From assembly GCA_951406725.2 (NCBI GenBank), contig OX597819.1, forward strand, positions 94,116,001 through 94,180,000: 64,000 nt of DNA, given 5' to 3'. Positions 53,995 through 64,000 of the stretch are shown piece by piece. The notes under the pieces are model-generated. The model was given only the letters and a program-made list of their open reading frames with translations. It had not been told where the DNA came from and made no database searches. The translations under genes and the position numbers were made by a program. Source of the stretch: Octopus vulgaris (Eukaryota). Numbering within the stretch: the stretch's first letter is position 1; the number at the start of each line of letters is the position of its first letter.

Positions 53995-54890
53995 CATTGG
54001 CCAAACTGTCCATTCAGTTTTATAAGTGAAAATGATGCACAAGTTTTAAATACAAACTATCTATTCAGTCCAAGATATAATTATCACTTCATTCCAGTAT
54101 CTTCTGCTATCTTGTAGACTAATCCATTATTTCCTACTCAAAGAATTTCCTGTCTTTACTGGCAAAAATCTCTTCCAGGTGTATTTTTACATCTTTTTCG
54201 AACTTGACAGTCCCCATTCAGTGAGCTTTGAAAAAACAGAAAGAGTAGGAAGCCTAAAGGCTCAAGGTCTGGCAAATATGGAGGGTGAGGCTAAACTTCC
54301 CAGCCAAGCCCAGTAACTGCTGACACATCTGCAAAGAAGTGAGCAATCTGGCATTGCTGAGATGAAAGACAAATGCCCTTATGATTATCTAGAGCTGGAC
54401 ACTTCTGGTGGATCGCAGCATTCAATGTGTCCAGTTAGTCACAGTACATATCCAAAGTGATGGTCATGAGTGTAGGAAGAAGCTCATAAAATACAACAGT
54501 CCTCCAATCCCACCAAATTGAAAGCATAACCTTCTTCAGGTGAAGTCCTGCTCTGGAGATTGTTTTTGGTGGTTCACCACTCTTCCTTCATGATTGTTAG
54601 CACTTCAAATTGTTATAGATATTCTATTTTTTGTCCCCTATCACCATTCTCTTAAAAAATAGAAAGAGGTTCATTTTCTTTACATTTATGCAACAAATGG
54701 CAGGTGGAAATCCATTGGGTGAGGTTAGCCACATTCAGTGGATGTCAGAACCAAGCATCAACCGAGTTGATGCAGATGGTTTTCAACACTAAATTTGGAT
54801 CTTTGAAGAATATCTGTGATCATCCTCATTGGTGTCAACTTACTCCTTCATTTTGTCACTGTTAATCTCAGTTAGCTGGCCAGAATCTTG
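53995..54890 (-). pseudogene. Decayed mariner transposase fragment
   Basis: The reverse strand reads ...LKKVMLSIWWDWRTVVFYELL... and SNARL...QQLLGLGWEV*PHPPYLPDLEP (mariner HDNARPH / WEVLPHPPYSPDLAP motifs), with stops. Confidence 0.8.
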
Positions 54891-54904
54891 AAAACCACTA
54901 TATG

Positions 54905-54946
<42 letters not shown>

Positions 54947-55108
54947 CATATAATAATAAAGGGTAAAATCATTAATGATTTTTACCAAATGGTCAGCACG
55001 GAAATAAAACCTCATAGGTAAATTTTATAAATATTTTATAATTATATACATAATTATAACAAGGGCTTGGCTTGTGCCTCACCATGCACTGAAAAATAGA
55101 TGTCAAAA

Positions 55109-55175
55109 GACACTGATGAAGGCAAAAGGTAATGTTTTTTTATTACTTTAAGCCTGAAACACGATCATGTATACG
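55109..55175 (+). ncRNA. Hammerhead ribozyme motif (stem I poorly preserved)
   Basis: CTGATGA-AGGC..AAGGTAAT/ATTACTTT..GCCT-GAAAC-ACGATCAT-GTA; canonical core, good stem II, near-palindromic stem III. Confidence 0.6.
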
Positions 55176-55670
55176 GTTAACCAACGTTTTAATCCACTTT
55201 CATTCTTCTACTAGATTGTTATGTAGTGTGTTTTTCTCAGAGAATTTATAGTGGTAATAGTAAGCCTACAAGAGTGTATTGTACTTGTTTGGCCAATGTA
55301 ACAGTTGAAATTATGAAAGTTGTTACTTAAACTTTTACATTCAAATTCTCTGGTTTACATGCCTGCAATGTTAATAAGAAGGTTGTTGATCTATTTTATT
55401 TTTGTAATGCTCCCTATGAATTTACAGTTAGGAGAGGCATTTATTTCAATGTTCTCATGATTCTATCAATCCACTGCCTTAATTGTTTCTAGCATAGAGG
55501 CAAGGCCAGAAAAGTGGGATAAAGAGGTTACTCAATACTATTGACCTGAATAAATGACAGGTACTTTTCATTTTGTCAGCCCTGGAGAAATGAAAGTGGA
55601 GTTGATCTTGGCAGGGTTTGAACTAAGAATGTGAATGGCTGAAATGATTCTACTAATCAGCCTCCCTTTG

Positions 55671-55726
<56 letters not shown>

Positions 55727-55736
55727 TAATAATAAT

Positions 55737-56118
55737 CATTGTCGTTTAACATCTGCTTTCCATGCTAGCATGGGCTGGACGGTTTGACTGTGGGCTGGCG
55801 AACCAGATGGCTACACCAGGCTCCAGTCTTGATCTGGCAGAGTTTCTACAGCTGGATGCCCTTCCTAATGCCAACCACTCCGAGAGTGTAGTGGGTGCTT
55901 TTACATGCCACCAGCATGGGGACCAGTCAGGCGATACTGGCAACGACCTCACTCGAATCTTTTTACATATGCCAATGGCACAGATGCCAGTAAGGTGATG
56001 CTGGTAACGATCCCACTTGAATGGTGCCTCCTACATGCCACCGGCATGGAAGCCAATTAGCCGCTCTGGCAACGATCATGCTCGGAAGGTGCTCTTAGCA
56101 CCCTACTAGCACGGGGCA
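55737..56118 (-). mobile_element. RTE-tail element
   Basis: Reverse complement of the RTE 3' UTR (ctggatgcccttcctaatgccaaccactcc); between (TAA)n tracts. Confidence 0.85.
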
Positions 56119-56120
56119 CA

Positions 56121-56154
<34 letters not shown>

Positions 56155-56689
56155 GTTCAAGGTCAGCAATTACAGGGAAGGGGTAAATTGATTACATAAA
56201 CCCCAGCACTCAAATAGTACATATTGGTCAGGACAATAGAAGACACCTCCCCAAGGTGCCATGCAGTAGGATTGAACCCAGAACCATGTAGTTAGGAGGC
56301 AAACTTCTTACCACACTGCCATGTCCATTCCTATAAAAAATTAAGTTTTAAAATAATAATAATTACATGATTAGCAAACAAACATCATGTGAATAATTTA
56401 TTTTTATGAAATTTATTCTATTTGTAAAATATATTTCTGTATCTTTTCCTTGCGTTTTATTTTTACTTTTTATTCCTTTAACTTTTAGTACATTTTAAAT
56501 TTTAATCTGTTGCTTCTTCCATCTCTGCCTATGTGTTTGCGTGTATGTTTGAGAGCAGAGCAGCAGCAATGTGTGTGTGTGTGTGTGCCTGTGTCTGTGT
56601 GTGTCTGTGTGTGTGTGTGAGTTCCTTTGCTTTGTACTTTTCCTTTCTGCATAAATTAAATGAAATTTTCTTTACCTGTCTTTCTTAAC

Positions 56690-57085
56690 TTACACCTATT
56701 TTCTTGCCACTTTTATTTCTCCTTCCTTTCCTTTTCCTTCTATTTTCTTCCTCCATTCCCTCCTCCACAACCCTGCATACAAAAATAACTTTACCCTCCT
56801 CGTCTCTCTCTCTCTCTCCCTCTCTTTCATTCTCTTCACTTAATGCCCTTCTCCCTCTCTCCTCTTTCTTTCTATCCCATTTTTTCTCTCACTTATTGTT
56901 CCCTCGCTTTTTCTTCTTACTTTCACTTTCCTTCTTTCCCCTTTGTCTCTCTCACATTCACTTTCTTTTTCTCTCTTTCTCTCTCTCCACGTCCTCCTGA
57001 TTCTTCCTCCCTTTCTCTTTCCTTCTTTCCCCACACTCAGTCGCTTTCTTCCTCCCTCTCTCTCTCTCTCTCTCACCACCACCTA
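56690..57085. repeat. Long polypyrimidine/polypurine (CT-rich) tract
   Basis: About 400 bp strongly C/T-rich on the + strand. Confidence 0.9.
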
Positions 57086-57950
57086 TAGGGACAGTTCTAT
57101 TTCTAGTTGATGACAAGATGATCTATTCTTGATAAAACAATATTATCAATATTTAATATTGTCCCTCCCTCCTTCTCCTCCCACCTTTTTAGCTTTTGAT
57201 GCAAAGTGTTGATGGTAACTTAGCAACTGCCTACAACATTGTTTTCTGCCAGAATCATTTTCCGTTTCTTCTTCATATAAGCATCAGAGAAGATTTTACA
57301 ATTGATTGAATATGTGTTTCTCTTAACCTTTGGAAAACTAGATTAACCAATGCACTACAAAATCCTGAGTATATAGATAAAAAAAACCATGATTTTCATT
57401 CAACTCTATTCTTTTTCATTCTCTCTCTCTCCCTCTATCAATCTCTTTTTCTCTCTCACTCTCATTCTCTCTCACTATAAATTTACCTATCTATTTATCT
57501 ATTTTGTGTGCATGTGTGTGTGTGTGTGCGTGCATGTGCATTCGTGTGTGTATAAATGTACTTAATGTATCTATATCTTTTTTTTCCATCAATAAATATG
57601 TGTGTGCAGGTATATTATATAATTATTGTGTTTCTGAAAGAAGGGGTGTGATTGTAACATCTTCTTTTGAAGAAACCTTCTGTCATACCAGTATACAACT
57701 TTGAGGTAGTATCACAGCACCTGTCTAGAGATTTGATCTCCATCTTATATACAATGATCTCTATATCACAGGGGAACCTCTACAATTTTCTTACCCTCAC
57801 TCTCACCCTCTCTACCCCCTTTCTACCCCCACTCTCTCCTGCACTCTCTCACTATATATATATAAATATATATATTCAAATATGAATTAATACTTATATT
57901 TTTTGCACATATATATTTATATACACACACAAACACACACATGTGTGTGC

Positions 57951-57997
<47 letters not shown>

Positions 57998-58217
57998 CAT
58001 ACACATATACATGTGCACACAACTGCAAATGCATATGCACATACGTGCAAACATACTTTTACTCATCCTACTTTCCAGCCAAATGTGATAATCATTGCAT
58101 GATAGAAAAAAAAAAAAAACATTGTATCATTCTTGATCAGTCAGCAGAAGATATGTGTAATTTAGTTCATCTTGGATAGATTGGGATGAATTATTGCATT
58201 TTCATTCAAATTCTGTC

Positions 58218-58259
<42 letters not shown>

Positions 58260-59581
58260 GGGAAAAGAGAGAATGAAGGAAGGAAGAAACAAAAAAGAAA
58301 GAAAATGCATCTGTGTTAAAGTAAAATGGAAATGAAAGGATACACAAAATAAAATTAGATGTAAATTAAATCTTGATATAGATTTAGATAAGCTTGTGTT
58401 TCAAAGGGTAGGCATACCTAATACATTTACAGATTTTTCTCTTAAATTCTTAATTTCTCATCTACTGGCATCAGCTGTTTTAAAAACAATCTACCCAACA
58501 GTGACCTTACATATGATACTCTTAACATTTCATTTGCCTCTCTCTGAATATAATGGTCTCTTTGCATAACACTTTAAAACTTTTCAAGATAATCAAACCT
58601 TGTTTGCATGTTTCAGCTAAGATTAATGTTTTTTTTGCTCTCATCAAGATATCTAATCAATTTAACATTCTGTGTCAATATTATTGAAAGATTTGTCCCC
58701 TGTTGATTTAAAACAACACATTCTTTTCCCTTCCCTTTTTCTACTTGAAAGGTTTCTACTGATTCAGAATAAATGAAGAATTAGATTAATTGTTCTTGTT
58801 TCTTTGTTATGAATAATTTTCGTTGCGTTAATCAAATTCTCTCTCTCTCACTCCCTCCCTCTCTCTTCCTCACCCCCCTCTCTCTCTCTCTTATTTTTAG
58901 ATCTTGTGTAAGAAATAGCATAGACTAGAATGAACATTTCTTTTAAAATTTGAATTTTTCAAATGAAAGGATAAGTGCTAAAGTACTTAATCTAAAGACA
59001 TAGCAGAAAATACCCAAAACATATTTTGGTAAAATTCTTGAAAATTATATATTCCCATAATGATAAATCCTTTATTAATTATCTTTTAATAAACAATGAT
59101 TATGAATTTGTCACTACCTCATGGTATCTTATTCTACATCATAATCGTTGCTGTTATAATTACAATTATCATCATTGCAATCTTCATTATTCCAAAATGT
59201 TATGGGTTAAGTGAAGTTTATGCAATGATTTGTCTTGTCAAATTCCTAGTTCTTTCTTTTTATTCTTTCTGAAGCTTATCTTAGCACCAGGTTTTTCTCC
59301 TTGACTTACTTCTTGTTAGTATGACCGTGTGGTAAAGAAATTCATTTTGCAACCATAAGGTTTGAGGTTCACTCCTACTGCATGGTACCTTGGGCAAATG
59401 TCTTCTACTATAACCCCAGGCTGACCAATGTATTGTAAGTGAATTTGTTGGATGGAAACTGTGTGAAAGCTCATCACATATGTGGTGTGGAGGGAGCCAC
59501 CACCATCACTACAACCACTTGATAACCTCTGCATATGTATATGTATGTGTATGTATATATGTATATATATATATATATATG

Positions 59582-59617
<36 letters not shown>

Positions 59618-59752
59618 AATTAGAAAAAAAACACCTTTTATCAATTCAAAATGAAAAATTAAATTACACCATCTAGAAAATTACATATAATAGAAATATT
59701 AAATATTGTGAAATTATTGATGATGATACATACACATATACATATATATACA

Positions 59753-59806
59753 GACCTAGTGGTTATATATATACACATATATGCTGGCATGATGATGAGG
59801 ATGATA

Positions 59807-59865
<59 letters not shown>

Positions 59866-60297
59866 ATAGTAATGGTAAGACAACAAAAAATGAAAGAGAC
59901 CTTGGTATTATGTAAATAGAGGAATTTATCTGTAAATGTAATATGTGTCAATTATTCAGTAGCCATGATAAATCCATGTCCCCATCTCTTCAGTTATCTA
60001 GCCATTGTAAAAAATTGTATGATGGCCAGATAACTGAAGAGATGGCGGCATGGATCTCCACCCCGACATCTGAAACTCAGAGTTTTATCATGGCAGCCGA
60101 ATAATTATCACATATTACATTTACAGATAAATTCCTCTATTTACATAATATCGAGGTCTCTTTCATTCTTTTGTTGTCTTACCATTTCTATCAATATATA
60201 TATATATATATTATATATATATTATATATATATATATCATCCTCATTATCATGCCAGCATGTATGTGTATATATATATATATATATACTACTAGGTC
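59753..60297. mobile_element. ~545-bp palindrome of a Penelope-like terminal repeat plus duplicated flank
   Basis: 59753-60005 is the reverse complement of 60022-60297, including the (TA)n tracts and the sequence outside them. Confidence 0.85.
60025..60094 (+). ncRNA. Minimal type I hammerhead ribozyme
   Basis: Stem I GCCA-GATAA/TTATC-a-TGGC; core CTGAAGA (60034-40); stem II GATGgCGG/CCGaCATC; GAAA (60072-75); stem III ACTC-A-GAGT; triplet GUU, predicted cleavage after 60084. Confidence 0.78.
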
Positions 60298-60842
60298 ACA
60301 TGGCTCAGTCAGGTTATAAGAATTCATAATTACAGTTCTTCTATAGCTGACAACCTCCTGCAGTAACTATGTTGTAGGAATATTAGACATCTTAGTTCAT
60401 TTAAACTATTGAAGTTATATAATGCAAAATGATCATTTAGAAATATGAGTAAAAGAAAATTGCTATTTTGCCAGAGGATATTTTGTTTCCATATGTTACA
60501 AAATGAAAATCAAATAGCAGAGTAAACCAGTTACCATTATCAAAATTGGAATGAGGCTTTTAGATGACTGAAGGCAAAATATTATTATGGAGCCTTTTGT
60601 TTAAAAGTAAAGGATTTTTTATTATTTAATAGTAATCAGTCTATGTCTAATATAAAGCATTGCAGTGGCTACCATTTTTAAATCTGACTTTGATCATAAG
60701 GATTCTCAAAGTTGAACATATAAAGTAATTTAAATTAATTTCATTCATAATTAGAAAGAGATTATATATTCATAATGAACTTCCTTAATGTTTTTCTTAT
60801 ATCCAGATTACCTGGATTTTGAAAAATATGATGACCCAGAAC

Positions 60843-61420
60843 TCATCATCATCATCATCGTTTTCATCATTTAACATCCGTTTTTTTTCTATGTTGGCAC
60901 GGGATAAGCAGTTTGAATGGAACTGATAAGCTGGAGAACAGCACTAGATTCTTGTCTGTTTTGGCTTGATTTCTACAGCTGGATGCCCTTCCTAATGCCA
61001 ACCACTCTGAGAGTGTAGTGGGTGCTTTTTATATGCCACCAGCATGGGAGCCAGTCAGGCAGCACTGGCATTGACCACACTTGAATGGTACTGTTTACAT
61101 GCCACCAGCACATGTGCTAGTTAAGCGGCATTGGCATCAGTCATGCTCGAATGGTTCTTTTTTATATGCCACCAGCATGGGACCCAGTCAGGTAGAACTG
61201 GCATTGGTCACACTCAAATGGGGCTTTTTTATGTGCCACCAACACTGACATCAGCCACTTGGCTCATCAGGTCTTCTTAAGTACACCATATTGCCTGATG
61301 ACTGAAGGGGTACTTTTAAATGGGCCAGTTATGTAACACTGACATCAACCACAGCTACAATCTCACTTGGCTTCTCAGGTCTTTTCAAGCACAGCATATC
61401 TCCAAAGGTCTTGGTCACAA
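60843..61420 (-). mobile_element. Older RTE 3' fragment
   Basis: Reverse RTE 3' UTR with (CAT)n, plus ORF-end remnant (cttttcaagcacagcatatctccaaaggtcttggtc). Confidence 0.8.
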
Positions 61421-61587
61421 GTATTACCATATATGATAACTATTCTTAGCATATCAATGGAAATACCATACAACACTGGAAGCAGAAACAGCTGTTAGAC
61501 GGGATACAGTCTATTTGTATTCAGTTAATAAATAATAATTGATGTAAGTCAATTGTTGTTCATCGATATTTCTCCATTTTCTGACTT

Positions 61588-61628
<41 letters not shown>

Positions 61629-61968
61629 TGAGTAGTACAACAAGGCACCAATATTTACTGGAAATAGCAGTCATTACAAATACGACGCTATTGTAAAACT
61701 TCACTGCATATATACTGGCAAAGCCATGTAATTGCAACAAACATGAAAAATTTGTCTTTAAAACATCTATAATGATCAGTTACAACAGTTTCTGTACCAA
61801 CTCTGCTTTCAACGCTAATTTACGTAAAAGGTCAAAGTAGAAATTTACATAATATTTGCAATTTTATGTATTAGAGTGGCATTTCATGAAACTTGCATCA
61901 AAGGTGTACTCTTAAATCATGTGTGTATATGTATATATATATATATATATATATCATCATCATCAATA

Positions 61969-62129
61969 TGGCTGCGTGGTAAGTAGCTTGCTTACCAACC
62001 ACATGGTTCCGGGTTCAGTTCCACTGCGTGGTACCTTGGGCAAGTGTCTTCTACTACAGCCTCAGGCCAACAAAAGCCTTGTGAGTGGATTTGGTAGACA
62101 GAAACTGAAAGAAGCCCATCGTATATATG

Positions 62130-62166
<37 letters not shown>

Positions 62167-62396
62167 TCGTATGTGTGTTTGTGTGTCTGTGTTTGTTCCC
62201 TCAACGTCGTTTGACAACCGATGCTGGTGTGTTTGCATCCCCGTAACTTAGCGGTTCGGCAAAAGAGACTGATAGAATAAGTACTAGGCTTACAAAGAAT
62301 AAGTCCTGGGGTAGATTTTCTTGACAAAATGGCGGTGCTCCAGCATGGCCACAATCAAAAGACTGAAACAAGTAAAAGAGTAAAAGAGTAAAGAGT
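61969..62396 (+). mobile_element. SINE family A
   Basis: Colinear with 8926-9333. Confidence 0.9.
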
Positions 62397-62410
62397 ATAT
62401 ATATATATAC

Positions 62411-62466
<56 letters not shown>

Positions 62467-62495
62467 TATTTTTTTTTTTTTTTTTTTTTTTTTTG

Positions 62496-62706
62496 TACTT
62501 GTTTCAGTCATTTTGACTGCGGCCATGCTGGAGCACCACCTTTAGAGTGGTGAAAGAGTACAGCAGGGATCACCACCTCCTGCCGGAGCCTCGTGGAGCT
62601 TTTAGGTGTTTTTTTGCTCAATAAACACACACAACGCCCGGTCTGGGAATCGAAACCGCGATCCTCCGACCGCAAGTCCGCTGCCCTAACCACTAGGCCA
62701 TTGCCA
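62496..62706 (-). mobile_element. Chimeric SINE: family C tRNA head joined to family A 3' tail
   Basis: 62546-62706 matches the 29420-29586 head; 62496-62541 is the reverse complement of the family A tail. Confidence 0.75.
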
Positions 62707-63805
62707 TATATATATATATATGATAGACTCTCCTATCGAAGATGTCATATAAACATTCAGCCTTTTGCTAAATAACCTGTACAAATGATTTGTTTATGGT
62801 GATCGGATGTTCGTGCCATACATTAGCCCACTCCCTCCATCAAATCGATGTTGCCTGAACAGGTGCATGATGTACCACATGTCAGGTGTTAAAGTGATTA
62901 CAGAACAATGTGAGATGAAGCGTTTTGCTCAAAAACTCAATGCACCATTTAGTCTAGGAATTGAAACCATGATCAGTAGATTGTGAGTGCAACATCCTAA
63001 CCACTAGGCTATGCACTTTCACATTTATACACACACACACACACACTTAATGTCTTATTCCAGTTTCTGTCAACTAAATTCGTTCACAAAGCTTTGGTGG
63101 GCTTGAGGCTAAAGTAGAAGATACTCAAGATGCCATGCAGTATGCTGGTCATATCTGGAATGTCTTTGATCATAGGTCCCAGTTCATCTCAGGGTTAAAC
63201 AAGAAACACTTTTATTTTTGCTCCTGTTTAATGTTCTTGATACCAACCTGATTCTACAATACAAACTTGATACAAATCATGTTGATTTATCTTCTAAAAC
63301 TAGCTTTAGAATGGATATTTTATTTTATTTTTTTCAGTATTTTCAAAATTTAATGAAAAGTAAAGCATTGTATTTCAACAGAAATATAGTAAGAAAAGGG
63401 TTAATTCAACCATAATATATTTGGAATGTTTCTAATTAAGGAAAACTTTTGATATATATATATTCTGAGCATTTTATAATCCTTTTCAGGGAATTCTCTA
63501 TCAAGACATTTGCTTTTCATCCATTTGTTGGAAAAAGTATTTCTTTTGAAAATTCATAATTCGTTTCTTTGTCATATTTTGTCTGTTCACTCTATAACAC
63601 TTGACTAAAAACAATAAGAATCTGTTCGTTAAAAATCAATCATTGAAATATTCTAATGGATTATTCTACAAATGGAACATACTAAGAATATTCCATATTC
63701 TTAAAGACACTCACACATATATATATATATATATATATATGATTATATGCATTATGTAGGTATATATATACATATACATATATATATATGTGTGTGTATG
63801 TATGC

Positions 63806-63850
<45 letters not shown>

Positions 63851-64000
63851 TACATATATATCTATGTAGAAGAGGGTATGTGTTTGTGTACATGTATGTA
63901 TGTGTGTTATAAACTAAATTTTGTTTTGATTTAATCTCTATTTACCAAAGTGCAGTTCTTTCACCAATATGTTTTATGTGTATGTATGTATGTGTGTGTA

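Noticed and set aside
57089-57110. Acceptor after the long CT tract as the next Cav3 exon
   Set aside because: The phase-2 reading gives DSSISS then a stop; no supporting homology.
60069-60100. Similarity to R4 coding sequence (SETEGFIIAAQ region)
   Set aside because: Only ~30 nt and does not extend; the same bases are fully explained by the hammerhead fold.
62630-62706. tRNA genes at SINE heads (also 29510-29586, 37500-37570)
   Set aside because: They continue into SINE bodies and lack a complete cloverleaf and terminator.

Overview
AT-rich, microsatellite- and repeat-dense eukaryotic DNA. The SINE/LINE families look like octopus (coleoid cephalopod) sequence; this is inferred from recalled repeat families, not from a search. 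The window appears to lie inside a large + strand gene for a T-type voltage-gated calcium channel alpha1 subunit (Cav3, CACNA1G/H/I-like). Two in-frame exons of its domain II-III linker are visible (13086-13375 and 22156-22394), and the rest reads as intron. The introns hold an essentially full-length (TAA)n-targeted R4/Dong-clade REL-endonuclease LINE (one frameshift) plus truncated relatives, and a young 5'-truncated RTE LINE with an internal PHD finger. They also hold CR1, L1/Tx1, mariner, Tc1/piggyBac MITE and Helentron relics and several tRNA-derived SINE families. The most unusual signal is a set of short non-coding elements beside (TA)n/(TAA)n tracts, several of them long fold-back palindromes. 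These carry minimal type I hammerhead ribozyme motifs (C[T/C]GA[T/A]GA...GAAA, palindromic stem III) typical of Penelope-like retroelement termini. The motif at 60025-60094 is almost intact, and most motifs are in the sense orientation of the channel pre-mRNA.
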